61,937 nt of DNA, filler included, from 6 parts of 6 records of this genome joined end to end with filler, not necessarily neighbours in it, one strand, 5' to 3'; shown: positions 10,422 through 20,833, counted from the whole stretch's first letter. The notes: a model not told the origin generated them from the letters alone. A program made the numbers and translations.

Positions 10422-10664
10422 AACACAGATTAGTAAACAATCAAATCTCCTATTTCTTCTTCAGTGTTGAGATTTGCTTGATATGAAAAAGTTCAATTTG
10501 AAACTATAGCTTCAAATTTTGAGCATTATATAAGTAAGACAAATTAAAATAGAACTACACGTATGTGGGTTCTTATTTTTTTTCTAAAAAACGTTGAATC
10601 ATTAGAAATGAAAAGCAATATTTTCTTTCATTTGCAGTTTAAACTAATACTAAAATTGAAAAAA

Positions 10665-11204
10665 ATGAAGAAAGGACTATTCTTATTATTGTTAATTTTT
10701 GGAGTGACGTTAACGAACGCACAAGTATTCAATACATCAGGAATTTTGAGAAGTGGAGAAGCAGCTATTGGCTTTGAACCATCTTTATTGGTTTATGATG
10801 GGACAACCGATTTCCAAATGTTTTTTCATGCTGGAGTTGGAGTGGGAAGAAATATTGATATTGGTGCAAAAGTTGGTGCTTTTGGTGATGAAATTTATTA
10901 TGGTGGAGATGTAGAGTTTGGAATTAGTAAAAACCTGTCTTTATCTGCTGGTGCGCATCACTTTCATGATTTTGGATTAGATGGTACCGCAAATGTTACT
11001 GTTCCTCTTGCTTCCGGAACTAAGTTAATTACAGGTTTAGATATGGATGTTATTTTTGGAGATGATACTCGAATTCCACTTTGGGTTCCAATTGGAATTC
11101 GAGTATCAGTTGGTAATGGTTGGTCTTTAATTATGGAATCGGAAATTGAATTAACCGATGAGGCTTATCATTATTTTGGTTTTGGAATGGCTTATGGCTT
11201 TTAA
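10665..11204 (+). CDS. Small outer-membrane beta-barrel protein
   Basis: MKKGLFLLLL signal at ATG 10665; Gly/aromatic alternating strands; C-terminal Phe. Confidence 0.7.
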   Translation: MKKGLFLLLLIFGVTLTNAQVFNTSGILRSGEAAIGFEPSLLVYDGTTDFQMFFHAGVGVGRNIDIGAKVGAFGDEIYYGGDVEFGISKNLSLSAGAHHFHDFGLDGTANVTVPLASGTKLITGLDMDVIFGDDTRIPLWVPIGIRVSVGNGWSLIMESEIELTDEAYHYFGFGMAYGF

Positions 11205-11225
11205 AAGTAAATTCACTTTTGATAT

Positions 11226-11251
11226 AAAACTCCGCTATAGCGGAGTTTTTT
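11226..11251 (+). terminator. Intrinsic terminator
   Basis: AAAACTCCGC-TATA-GCGGAGTTTTTT. Confidence 0.8.
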
Positions 11252-11390
11252 GTTTGGAAGAAAACTGTTTGTTGATAAGTGTTGAATAAACTATTTTGTT
11301 TCTTATTTGTATTTGCAGTAAATTAATGATCTAGTACACAGAATATAAGATAATGATTTGCTTTATAACCATTCAACCTAACTATCCATT

Positions 11391-12029
11391 ATGGAAAAAG
11401 AAAAAACCACCATCCAAAAATTAAGTGATTTTGCCAATAAAACACATCGAACAATTGAATTAACAGAACAAGCTTATCCTTCTAATGCCTTACACCCGGT
11501 AACCTATCATCGCAGATTGGTATATATTCCTGAAAGTGGGTTGGGAAACACATACTTTGCTTGTTTTGGTGATTCTCGTAGATTAGATAAACAAGCAATT
11601 TATAGCGGTGTGTTTTTTTCTGTACCTCTGCCTAAATCATTGAAAATTTGCATTCGGAGAAAAGACATTCTAGATAAAATGAGTCTGTTTTCGAAAAAGA
11701 AAGGTTATAAAACCGGTAACGTCGATTTTGATTCTCAAGTGGTTTTTGAAGAATTCGATGGAATTGGAACCAGTAAAATTTTTAAGAGTTCTAAAGTTCA
11801 AAAACTAATATTGAAAGCTTTTGATTTTGACATTAGGCTTAGAATAGGTGTGAACATGATGAATATGGATTATGTGCCAGGATTGAAAGGGGAGTCACAT
11901 TTTGGAATTTATACAATGCAAGATTGGTTTATTGATTCATCCAAAATAGAAATATTATATGATCTGGCTGAACAGCTTAAAAAACTTACTATTAGAGTTG
12001 AAGAAGAGGATTTGGTTGCACAATATTAG
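11391..12029 (+). CDS. Hypothetical protein
   Basis: 212-aa ORF in AT-rich DNA, preceded by a Bacteroidota-like TATTTGCA element. Confidence 0.7.
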   Translation: MEKEKTTIQKLSDFANKTHRTIELTEQAYPSNALHPVTYHRRLVYIPESGLGNTYFACFGDSRRLDKQAIYSGVFFSVPLPKSLKICIRRKDILDKMSLFSKKKGYKTGNVDFDSQVVFEEFDGIGTSKIFKSSKVQKLILKAFDFDIRLRIGVNMMNMDYVPGLKGESHFGIYTMQDWFIDSSKIEILYDLAEQLKKLTIRVEEEDLVAQY

Positions 12030-12089
12030 AATTGGTTCAATACCAGATAAAAAAAGCATCATATCTAAATAGAAATGATGCTTTTGTAT

Positions 12090-13031
12090 TTATTGTGCAA
12101 ATTCATTTATAATTTTTTGAGCCGTAACTTCTGAAAGCTTAATGTTCGATTCATGAGTCCAACCTCCAACATGCGGACTTAGCAACACATTTTCAGCCTC
12201 TATTAAATATTGAAATTCGGCTGGTAATTCCGAAGCATGAAGATCTTCAAAAGAAGTTTTTTCGTATTCAAGAACATCCAAACACGCACCTTTTACTTGT
12301 CCTGATTTCAAATTTTTAACCAAATCAGCAATTCGAACAACCTTTCCTCTTGCAGTATTAATTAGGAAAATTGGCTTCTGGAATTTATTTAGAAACTCAT
12401 CGTTCACCATAAGCATGGTTTCTTCTGTTTGAGGTACATGTAGACTAAGTACATCACACTGCTCGAACAAATCATTTAATTCTTTCTCCTCACAAAGTTC
12501 ATCGGAGTAATTATACTTGTATTTGTCGTAGGCTATTACTTTGCAACTAAAACCTTGAAGTCTTTTAGCAAAAGCTCCTCCCATATTACCATACCCGATA
12601 ATACCGATGGTTTTACCCATGATTTCTATTCCACGATTTTCTTCTCGTCGCCATTTTCCATTCCGAACTTCCCAATTGCATCGACATAAATTGTTGAAGA
12701 GAGTCAGTAGCATGCCAACCGCATGTTCGCCAACTGCATCTCGGTTTCCTTCAGGAGCATTGAAGCATTTAATGCCTTTGCTTTCGGCATAATCCACATC
12801 AATATTTTCTAAACCTGCTCCCACACGACCAATAAATTTAAGGTTGGTAGCCAAATCCAATTCAGTTTTAGTAAGCTTGAATTTGCTGCGAATTATAAAT
12901 CCATCAAACTTTGGGAATATTTCTAATAATTCCTCTTTGTTTTTTTCTGGAGCATAAGTGCAATCAAACCCGGCTTCTTGCAACATCTCTAATAATCGTG
13001 GATGTGTGGAATCTATAAATAATACTTTCAT
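12090..13031 (-). CDS. D-isomer 2-hydroxyacid dehydrogenase (SerA-like)
   Basis: RVGAGLENID, GIIGYGNMG, LINTARG, LDVLE, SPHVGG; ATG at 13031. Confidence 0.9.
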   Translation of the reverse strand: MKVLFIDSTHPRLLEMLQEAGFDCTYAPEKNKEELLEIFPKFDGFIIRSKFKLTKTELDLATNLKFIGRVGAGLENIDVDYAESKGIKCFNAPEGNRDAVGEHAVGMLLTLFNNLCRCNWEVRNGKWRREENRGIEIMGKTIGIIGYGNMGGAFAKRLQGFSCKVIAYDKYKYNYSDELCEEKELNDLFEQCDVLSLHVPQTEETMLMVNDEFLNKFQKPIFLINTARGKVVRIADLVKNLKSGQVKGACLDVLEYEKTSFEDLHASELPAEFQYLIEAENVLLSPHVGGWTHESNIKLSEVTAQKIINEFAQ

Positions 13032-13092
13032 GATAAGCAAATAGAAATTTTAAGATACAAATGTAGTATTTTCCAGATGGATTGAAATAGGA

Positions 13093-13584
13093 TTATTTCT
13101 GCGATAAATTCACAACAAAACTGGCTTTATAGCCTCTTAGTTTTCCTTGTGAATCATAAATTTCGTAGCCAAACATTATCTTTTTTACTTCTTTCCGAAG
13201 TTGTAACTGATTTTTATCCCAATACCAATCTTCTTCGAACTGAATTTTTCCAACTTTATCTTTCAAATTATTTTCTGAGATGATTGATTTTATTTCACTA
13301 GTTGTTAATTGATGATTGTTGTAATAGTCGAAAGCTGGAAGTGTACCATTTTTAACAGCGGCTAAAATATCCGATACAAATTCTTTAGTTTGAGTATTTG
13401 CCAAGCACTCCTCAAGCCAATCATCATCAGGATTTGGGTTTTTTATTACCACTTCATAGGTGATAGGATCGGATATTTTATTACCTGATGCTACTAATTC
13501 TTGTTGAGAATGATCACTCTTACATGAAAACAAAAACAGCCCTGAAAAAATCAGAGCTGCTTTTATAGGATAGAATTTATTCAT
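13093..13584 (-). CDS. Lipoprotein, possibly a distant GldN/PorN-like protein
   Basis: Lipobox LFSC; IQFEEDWYWDK resembles the GldN-type E-x-W-Y-F-D-K motif. Confidence 0.5.
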   Translation of the reverse strand: MNKFYPIKAALIFSGLFLFSCKSDHSQQELVASGNKISDPITYEVVIKNPNPDDDWLEECLANTQTKEFVSDILAAVKNGTLPAFDYYNNHQLTTSEIKSIISENNLKDKVGKIQFEEDWYWDKNQLQLRKEVKKIMFGYEIYDSQGKLRGYKASFVVNLSQK

Positions 13585-13609
13585 CTTCTATAATATTTTG
13601 AAAAATCAA

Positions 13610-14950
13610 TTATCGATCAAAAGTCAATCTCATTCCTTTATTGCTTTCATTAAAAGTACCATTATCGTAAGCCAAATGACCATTAACAAAAGTCTTTTCT
13701 ACTTTATATTGGAATTTTTGACCATCAAATGGAGTCCAACCACATTTATATAAAGTGTTTTCCTTTGTTGCTGTCCAATCGTCTTCGCTCAATAATACCA
13801 AATCCGCAAAATATCCTTTACGGATAAATCCACGTTTTTCAACCTGGAAAATTTCAGCAGGAGTGTGACACATTTTTTCTACCACTTTCTCCATTTTAAT
13901 TTTTCCCATACGAGCTTGTTCCATCATAGCAACTAAAGAATGCTGCACCAATGGACCACCGCCTGCAGATTTCATATAATTACCATCTTTTTCTTCCTCT
14001 GTATGTGGAGCGTGATCTGTTGCAATAACATCCAATCTGTCATCCAACAAGGCTTCCCAAAGTTTTTCCTGATCATCTTTAGTTTTAACAGCTGGATTCC
14101 AACGAATTCTTGATTTTTTGGTCAGATAATCCTGATCGTTAAACCATAAGTGATGAACACAAACCTCTGTAGTAATTCTTTTTTCTTTAGCAGGAATCGA
14201 ATTGTCAAACAGATCCATTTCCATACCAGTTGATAAATGAAGAATGTGCAATCTTGTGTTGTATTTTTTTGCTAATTCAACTGCTTTCGACGATGATTTG
14301 TAACAAGCTTCTGCACTTCGAACTTCTCCATGCAATTCAATTGGAATATCATCGCCATATTTTGCTTGAAACTCAGCCTGATTCTTATCAATGGTTGGAG
14401 TATCTTCACAATGAGTAGCAATTAATAAAGGAGCTTTCTCAAATATTTGCGATAAGGTCTCAATATCATCCACCAACATATTACCAGTTGATGAGCCCAT
14501 GAAAATTTTGATTCCGCAAACTGATTTTGGATCCGTTTTTAATATCTCATCCAAATTGTTATTCGTAGCACCCATATAAAATGAGTAATTAGCCAGCGAT
14601 TTTTCAGAGCCCAGTTTGTATCGCTCAGTTAGCAATTTTTGGGTAATGGTTTGAGGTTTTACATTAGGCATATCCATAAAAGAGGTGGTTCCACCGGCAA
14701 CTGCCGCTCTCGATTCTGTATACAAATCTCCCTTATGTGGCATTCCCGGATCACGAAAATGAACCTGATCATCAATAACACCCGGGATTAGTAATTTTCC
14801 TCCTGCATCAATCACTTTGCATCCTGATTCAATATTCGCAGGAGTAGTGGTATATATTTCTTCTATTAGTTGATCTTTAATTAGAACACTTCCGGCGAAT
14901 TTTTTGCCTTCATTAATTAGTAAGGCATTTTTAATAAGATAAGTCGACAT
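13610..14950 (-). CDS. pyrC: Dihydroorotase
   Basis: PGVIDDQVHFRDPG, IKIFMGSSTGNM, HCED, ATDHAPH. Confidence 0.93.
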   Translation of the reverse strand: MSTYLIKNALLINEGKKFAGSVLIKDQLIEEIYTTTPANIESGCKVIDAGGKLLIPGVIDDQVHFRDPGMPHKGDLYTESRAAVAGGTTSFMDMPNVKPQTITQKLLTERYKLGSEKSLANYSFYMGATNNNLDEILKTDPKSVCGIKIFMGSSTGNMLVDDIETLSQIFEKAPLLIATHCEDTPTIDKNQAEFQAKYGDDIPIELHGEVRSAEACYKSSSKAVELAKKYNTRLHILHLSTGMEMDLFDNSIPAKEKRITTEVCVHHLWFNDQDYLTKKSRIRWNPAVKTKDDQEKLWEALLDDRLDVIATDHAPHTEEEKDGNYMKSAGGGPLVQHSLVAMMEQARMGKIKMEKVVEKMCHTPAEIFQVEKRGFIRKGYFADLVLLSEDDWTATKENTLYKCGWTPFDGQKFQYKVEKTFVNGHLAYDNGTFNESNKGMRLTFDR

Positions 14951-14983
14951 TTTGGTTGTTTAGTTGTAAGTTATCGTGAAAAT

Positions 14984-15712
14984 CTATCTTTCGTATTTAG
15001 TAATAAAACTTCTCAGCTTCATTTTAATCACTCCCCAAACGGCTTCATTAAAAATTCCACCACTCATTTTCGAGGTTCCTTCTGTACGATCTGTAAATAT
15101 AATAGGTACTTCAATAATATTATAACCAAATTTCCAGGTCGTAAATTTCATTTCAATCTGGAAAGCATATCCTTTAAATCTGATTTTGTCCAAATTAATG
15201 GTCTCCAAAACTTTTTTAGTGTAGCATTTAAAGCCGGCTGTAGCATCGTGAATTTTCATTCCCGTAACTATTCTTACATATTTGGATGCAAAATACGACA
15301 TCAAAACTCTACCCATAGGCCAATTTACGACATTTACACCGGAAACATAGCGTGAACCTATGGCCATATCACCGCCTTTATTGGCGCAAGCATCATATAA
15401 ACGAACCAAATCTTCTGGGTTATGCGAGAAATCAGCATCCATTTCAAATATGTATTCGTATTTGTTTTCTAATGCCCACTTAAATCCGGTAATATAGGCA
15501 GTACCTAATCCGAGTTTACCTTTTCGTTCTATAATATGAAGTTGCGAAAATTCTTTTTGCAAACCTTTAACGATATCAGCAGTTCCATCTGGAGAGTTGT
15601 CTTCAATAACTAAAATATCAAATGCAGTTTCCAGTGAAAATACCTTTCTTATTATGGCTTCAATATTTTCTTTTTCGTTGTAGGTCGGTATAATAACAAG
15701 TCTATCTGTCAC
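14984..15712 (-). CDS. Polyprenol monophosphomannose synthase (GT2, DPM1-like)
   Basis: IIPTYNE, EDNSPDGT, EMDADFSH, GSRY; likely GTG start at 15712. Confidence 0.9.
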   Translation of the reverse strand: MTDRLVIIPTYNEKENIEAIIRKVFSLETAFDILVIEDNSPDGTADIVKGLQKEFSQLHIIERKGKLGLGTAYITGFKWALENKYEYIFEMDADFSHNPEDLVRLYDACANKGGDMAIGSRYVSGVNVVNWPMGRVLMSYFASKYVRIVTGMKIHDATAGFKCYTKKVLETINLDKIRFKGYAFQIEMKFTTWKFGYNIIEVPIIFTDRTEGTSKMSGGIFNEAVWGVIKMKLRSFITKYER

Positions 15713-16096
15713 CTTTAGAGAATTAATGTTTTTACAATTTTGTAACACGAAGATAGTATATCTACTTAAATTCTTTTCTTCACAATTGTTAAAAAGCCTA
15801 AAAATGTATTTTCTTTGCAGACCATTACCAAGCACTTCCTTTATATAGTGCTTGGTCGGGCTATTCACTTTATCTTTTTTTCATTCTTCAAAAAAGGATA
15901 TCGCTACTATCCCTAATGGACGTTTCGAATATTGGAGCTAAATTATAGCGAATGCTTAAATTGATAAAAATATAGATGTACCATTCGCTATTTTTATTTT
16001 TTTCAAAAATTTTCAACCAGGTTACCAGAGTGTTAAGTGTGGTTTGTGAAAAAGTTTGGGAAAAGCATTTGGAATAGTGGAATAGTATAGCTTATC

Positions 16097-16196
16097 NNNN
16101 NNNNNNNNNNNNNNNNNNNNNNNNNNNNNNNNNNNNNNNNTTAATTAATTAANNNNNNNNNNNNNNNNNNNNNNNNNNNNNNNNNNNNNNNNNNNN
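16097..16196. other. Artificial contig spacer
   Basis: N + TTAATTAATTAA + N. Confidence 0.98.
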
Positions 16197-16225
16197 TGGG
16201 TTACGCTGCGCTAACCCAACCTACA
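16197..16225 (-). repeat. REP-like palindrome (GTAG family) at contig edge
   Basis: Minus strand GTAGGTTGGGTTAGCGCAGCGTAACCCA. Confidence 0.6.
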
Positions 16226-16291
16226 ACGAAATTGAAAAACTAGTTTAAAATTGGTGGTTAGTCCGCTCTTGATAACGAATAGCATCGATTT

Positions 16292-17581
16292 ATGAATGAT
16301 AGCGTCAAACCAAAACAATCGTCCCTGTTAAGAACATTCCTGTTTCATTTTCGCCCCCGTTTTGTTCCGGCGCCTATGATCAGGTTCACCCTGAGTTTCG
16401 GACTTGGCGGCATGGCCGCTGTTCTGGTTTTTCTTTTATTACTATCCGGCATCCTGCTCAAATTCGTGTACGAGCCTTCCCCGGCCGGCGCTTATGCTTC
16501 AATCATATCGATCCAGGACGATATTGTTTTCGGCCGGTTTATTCGAAATATCCACCATTGGAGCGCTCATTTACTGGTCCTGGTGCTTTTTTTTCACATT
16601 CTCAGGGCTTTCTTCAGCGGGGCTTTTCACCAACCAAGAAGGTTGAACTGGATCGTGGGCCTCTGCTTGTTCGCTCTGGTCCTGGCTTCCAATTTTACCG
16701 GCTACCTTTTGCCATGGGATCAGTTATCATATTGGGCGGTTACAATAAGCATCGGCATGCTGGATTATATGCCGGTTTTTGGCCCCTGGCTGCAGGGCGT
16801 CCTAAAGCAGGGGGCGGAGATCGGCCCTGAAACCCTGCATTTCTTTTACACCGCCCACACCGTGGTTTTACCTGCCGTGCTTTTATTTTTAGCCATGTTT
16901 CATTTTTGGCGGGTGCGTAAAGCCGGTGGGTTGGCTATACCGAGGGAAACAGGAGAAGGGGGCGGGTATAGCCGCATCCCGGTCATGCCGGATCTTTTGA
17001 TACGCGAGTTAACGGTTGGTTTGTCAGTCACGGCTTTTATTATGATGGCTGCTGCGTTTTTTGACGCCCCGTTGGGGTTGCCCGCCAATCCGGGCCTCAG
17101 CCCCAATCCGACCAAGGCGCCCTGGTATTTTTCAGGGCTGCAGGAATTGCTACTGCATTTCCATCCTGTAATGGCGGCGGCAATCATTCCGGCTTTGGCC
17201 GCGATCATCCTTTTATTACTCCCGTTTTTTAAATATAAAAACAATCCGTCCGGGGTGTGGTTTGTTTCTCCTACTGGAAGAAAAACCTCGATTATCGCGG
17301 CTTTGCTGTCTCTCTTCATTACACCGGCAATAGTGATTCTTGATGAGTATTCGGCTTCGGCCGTCGGTGGAACGCCGCCGGCTATAAGCAGCGGCCTGTT
17401 TTTACTTGTTCTGGTTGTCCTGGGCGCCGCAGTCATTTTATGGCTTTTGCACAAAAAATATTCATTATCAAAACTGGAAGCAGTCCAGTTTGCTTTTACA
17501 TTTTTTATTACTTCTTTCGTTGTATTGACGATAATCGGCGTGTGGTTTCGTGGGCCGGGGATGGTTTTGTCCTGGCCATGA
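16292..17581 (+). CDS. Cytochrome b of a Rieske/cytb complex (b6 + subunit IV-like fused)
   Basis: RNIHHWSAH..FFH and AH-x14-H heme ligands; TGYLLPWDQ; APWY (PEWY equivalent); GVWFRGPG C-terminus. Confidence 0.9.
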   Translation: MNDSVKPKQSSLLRTFLFHFRPRFVPAPMIRFTLSFGLGGMAAVLVFLLLLSGILLKFVYEPSPAGAYASIISIQDDIVFGRFIRNIHHWSAHLLVLVLFFHILRAFFSGAFHQPRRLNWIVGLCLFALVLASNFTGYLLPWDQLSYWAVTISIGMLDYMPVFGPWLQGVLKQGAEIGPETLHFFYTAHTVVLPAVLLFLAMFHFWRVRKAGGLAIPRETGEGGGYSRIPVMPDLLIRELTVGLSVTAFIMMAAAFFDAPLGLPANPGLSPNPTKAPWYFSGLQELLLHFHPVMAAAIIPALAAIILLLLPFFKYKNNPSGVWFVSPTGRKTSIIAALLSLFITPAIVILDEYSASAVGGTPPAISSGLFLLVLVVLGAAVILWLLHKKYSLSKLEAVQFAFTFFITSFVVLTIIGVWFRGPGMVLSWP

Positions 17582-17607
17582 TGATTGATAAAGAAAGCTG
17601 TTGATTT

Positions 17608-18126
17608 ATGGGTAAGACAGAAAAAAACGAAGGAACGGAACGGCGCAGCTTTTTAAACGGCTTGTGGCTGCTTTTAGCCGCGATCGGTATAACAGAATTC
17701 ACCGGATTGGCGGCCTGGTTTTTTAAAACGCGTCCAACCCGGGCCGCCAAACAGGCATCCGCTTCAATGATTGAGGCCGGCCTGGTGAATGAGTTCGAGC
17801 CGAACACTGTGACTGCTTTTCAACAGGGAGGATTTTACCTTGTTCGTTTGGATAACGGCGGATTTTTGGCCCTTTCCCGGCAGTGCACCCACCTGGGGTG
17901 CACAGTGCCTTGGAATGATGACGAAAAGAAATTTATCTGCCCCTGCCATGCCTCGGTTTTCGACATAACCGGCAATGTTGTAAAATCTCCGGCGCCAAGG
18001 GCCCTGGACCTGCATCCTGTGAAAATTGACAATAACATGGTGTTGGTTGATTCGGCGCGGCGCATAAAAAGAAGCCTGTTTCAGGACGACCAGGTTGTGC
18101 GGCCGCCTCAAAGCGGCAAGTCATAG
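17608..18126 (+). CDS. Rieske iron-sulfur subunit
   Basis: Tat RRSFL anchor; CTHLGC and CPCHAS boxes; PAPRAL. Confidence 0.93.
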   Translation: MGKTEKNEGTERRSFLNGLWLLLAAIGITEFTGLAAWFFKTRPTRAAKQASASMIEAGLVNEFEPNTVTAFQQGGFYLVRLDNGGFLALSRQCTHLGCTVPWNDDEKKFICPCHASVFDITGNVVKSPAPRALDLHPVKIDNNMVLVDSARRIKRSLFQDDQVVRPPQSGKS

Positions 18127-18144
18127 AAACGGCTGCAATAGCGG

Positions 18145-20463
18145 ATGAGCAATCAAAACAGAAAATGGAAAATCGGGGGTATAGTCGCCACTCTGCTGAT
18201 TATCCTCGCCCCGCCCATTTATCTTTATAAAGAAAAGATCAGGGAGCAGGCGCCAAGACCCGGCTTTATAGCCTCCACTGCCTCCTTTACAGGCAGCGGT
18301 CGTTGCCAGGATTGCCACCAGCAGGAATACGCACGCTGGGATAAATCCCACCACAAGATGGCCATGGCGGTTGCTTCCCCGGAAACAGTGTTGGGTGATT
18401 TCAACAATGCGACTTTTAAATTCAATGGGGCCGTTTCAAGGTTTTATCAAAAGGACGGACGATATTTTGTAGAAACTCCGGGGCCTGAAGGCAAAATGGG
18501 TGAATATGAAATCACCCATACTTTCGGCTGGCATCCTTTGCAGCAGTACCTGGTTCCTTTTCCCGGCGGAAGGCTTCAGTGCCTGCCCCTGGCCTGGGAC
18601 GTGGAAAAGAAGAAATGGTTTCATCTTTATCCGAATGACCCGCCAAAATCCGGGGAGTGGCATTATTGGACCAATTCAGGGCAAAACTGGAATGGAATGT
18701 GTGCGGAATGCCATATTACCAACATGACCAAAAGCTACGACCCGGAAAAGGATGAATTTAAAACCGAATGGACGGAATTAACCGTGGGCTGCGAATCCTG
18801 CCATGGTCCGGGATCCGTGCATGAAGCCTGGGCCCAGATGCCGGCCATGGGAAGGCCGAAGATCGATAATTACGGCCTTACTGTCCGGACATCCAACATC
18901 GGCGCAAGGCGCCTGGTGGAAATATGCGCGCCGTGTCATGCCCGGCGGGCGTCATTGGAAGACAATAAACATGATTACAAGGATTTCATGGATTACGCCG
19001 TTCCTCAATTGCTCAGCAGAGGCATGTATTATGCCGACGGGCAGATTCTCGAGGAAGTATACGTTTATGGATCCTTTGTTCAGAGCAAGATGTACGACCG
19101 GGATGTCCGCTGCAGCGATTGTCATGACGTGCACAGCCTGAAGAGAGTCAAGGACGGCAATGAACTCTGCCTGCAGTGCCACCGGGCCGAGCTTTATGAC
19201 ACGCCGAAACACCATTCCCATAAAAAAGCCGGGGAACAGGGCGAACCGATCAGGTCTGAAAACGGAGAAATACTATTTGACGTCGGTACTGGCGCCCAGT
19301 GTGAACAGTGCCATATGCCGGGCAAGTATTACATGGTTGCCGACTATCGGCCGGATCACAGCTTCCGTCGTCCCAGGCCGGACCTGACGGCGGCCCTGGG
19401 AATGCCTAACGCCTGCAACCGCTGCCATATGGATAAGACCGTGTCATGGTCCATGGAATATATGACCAAGTGGTACGGAACCCAATACCGGCCTCACTAT
19501 GGATCGGTCATCAGCGCGGGCCGGGACGGGACGCCTGGAGCAAAAGACGATTTGCTGAGGTTGTTTAATGACGGTTTACTGCCGCCAATCGTCCGGGCTA
19601 CAATCTTATCCTTGTTGAACCAATATATTGGTAAGGATGTGGATGAGGTCTACAAAAGGGCTTTGACTGAAGAGGAGCCGCTTATTCGACAGGCCGCGGT
19701 TCGGAATTGGGTCTCGGCCGATTCCGAAGCTCACCTGAAACATATGCTTCCCTTGCTCCGCGATCCTGTAAAAGCGGTGCGAATTGAAACCGCCTGGCGT
19801 TTGTCTTCGGCGCCAAAGGAGCGATTAACGCCCCGGCAGCAGCAGGATCTGGAGAAAGAACTTAATGAATACCGGAAGGCCATGCTGTATACGGCCCATT
19901 TTGCCCAGTCCCGGCATAACCTCGGCAACCTTGATTTGGCCCTGGGTAATTTTGAAAAAGCGGAAAGACATTATCTGAAAGCCGTCGACATCGACCCCGG
20001 TTTTTATCCGGCCAAGGTCAATCTGGCCATGCTTTACAATCAGAAAGGACGCAACGACAAAGCGGAACAGATTTTCAAGGACATTGTTCGCGATCATCCG
20101 GATCTTCACGAAGCCTATTATTCCCTGGGGCTTTTATTGGCGGAGCGTAAGAAATACAAAGAAGCATTGGAATACCTGGAGCAGGCTTCCGAAAGAATGC
20201 CGCACCGTGACCGCGTGCATTACAACCTGGGACAACTTCAGATTTTTATGAAAAAAACGGCTGCCGCGGAAGAGTCTTTAATGAAGGCGCTTAGGCTGCA
20301 GCCGGAAAACAGAGATTACTTGTTGGCGGTTGTTGATTTTTATATTAAACAAAGAAATTTGCCCAAGGCAATCGCTTATGCCCGCGAGCTGGTTATTAAA
20401 CACCCGGATTGGCCGGTCGGACGCCGGATACTGAAACGGCTGACCGGCAGCTCGTCGCCCTGA
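18145..20463 (+). CDS. Membrane-anchored octaheme cytochrome c with HEAT and TPR repeats
   Basis: Eight CxxCH motifs (CQDCH, CAECH, CESCH, CAPCH, CSDCH, CLQCH, CEQCH, CNRCH); N-terminal TM helix; C-terminal TPRs. Confidence 0.9.
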   Translation: MSNQNRKWKIGGIVATLLIILAPPIYLYKEKIREQAPRPGFIASTASFTGSGRCQDCHQQEYARWDKSHHKMAMAVASPETVLGDFNNATFKFNGAVSRFYQKDGRYFVETPGPEGKMGEYEITHTFGWHPLQQYLVPFPGGRLQCLPLAWDVEKKKWFHLYPNDPPKSGEWHYWTNSGQNWNGMCAECHITNMTKSYDPEKDEFKTEWTELTVGCESCHGPGSVHEAWAQMPAMGRPKIDNYGLTVRTSNIGARRLVEICAPCHARRASLEDNKHDYKDFMDYAVPQLLSRGMYYADGQILEEVYVYGSFVQSKMYDRDVRCSDCHDVHSLKRVKDGNELCLQCHRAELYDTPKHHSHKKAGEQGEPIRSENGEILFDVGTGAQCEQCHMPGKYYMVADYRPDHSFRRPRPDLTAALGMPNACNRCHMDKTVSWSMEYMTKWYGTQYRPHYGSVISAGRDGTPGAKDDLLRLFNDGLLPPIVRATILSLLNQYIGKDVDEVYKRALTEEEPLIRQAAVRNWVSADSEAHLKHMLPLLRDPVKAVRIETAWRLSSAPKERLTPRQQQDLEKELNEYRKAMLYTAHFAQSRHNLGNLDLALGNFEKAERHYLKAVDIDPGFYPAKVNLAMLYNQKGRNDKAEQIFKDIVRDHPDLHEAYYSLGLLLAERKKYKEALEYLEQASERMPHRDRVHYNLGQLQIFMKKTAAAEESLMKALRLQPENRDYLLAVVDFYIKQRNLPKAIAYARELVIKHPDWPVGRRILKRLTGSSSP

Positions 20464-20488
20464 ATATTTATTGCGGTGGTTAATAATT

Positions 20489-20517
20489 TTACGGCCGCCA
20501 TGGATGCGGCCGTGGAA
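20489..20517. terminator. Hairpin between convergent genes
   Basis: ACGGCCGC-CATGGAT-GCGGCCGT. Confidence 0.5.
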
Positions 20518-20530
20518 GTGAGCTTGATGC

Positions 20531-20833
20531 TTAACGGACAGCCATCCAGAACAAGCACCCGAATGTGCCGCCGCCGAATTTCTTGCACCACATGAATTCG
20601 TCAGCCGCGCCGCCGGCCCTTTTTTCGGACTTGTATTCATTCACCGCGGTGATGTTTTTTTCACAATCGCTTTGCATTACGCCCTTAACGCATTCATCAT
20701 ACTTGTCCGGATGGTTCGCTTTACAAAAGGACTCGACTGCCTTTTTATCAGGCGGACAATCTCCGGCCCAGGCAAATGAAACACAGAACATGGCGACTAG
20801 AACAAATAAACCAATCATCATCACTCTTTTCAT
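20531..20833 (-). CDS. Small secreted cysteine-rich protein
   Basis: AAGGAG RBS, Sec signal ending AWA, six Cys in the mature 77 aa. Confidence 0.75.
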   Translation of the reverse strand: MKRVMMIGLFVLVAMFCVSFAWAGDCPPDKKAVESFCKANHPDKYDECVKGVMQSDCEKNITAVNEYKSEKRAGGAADEFMWCKKFGGGTFGCLFWMAVR

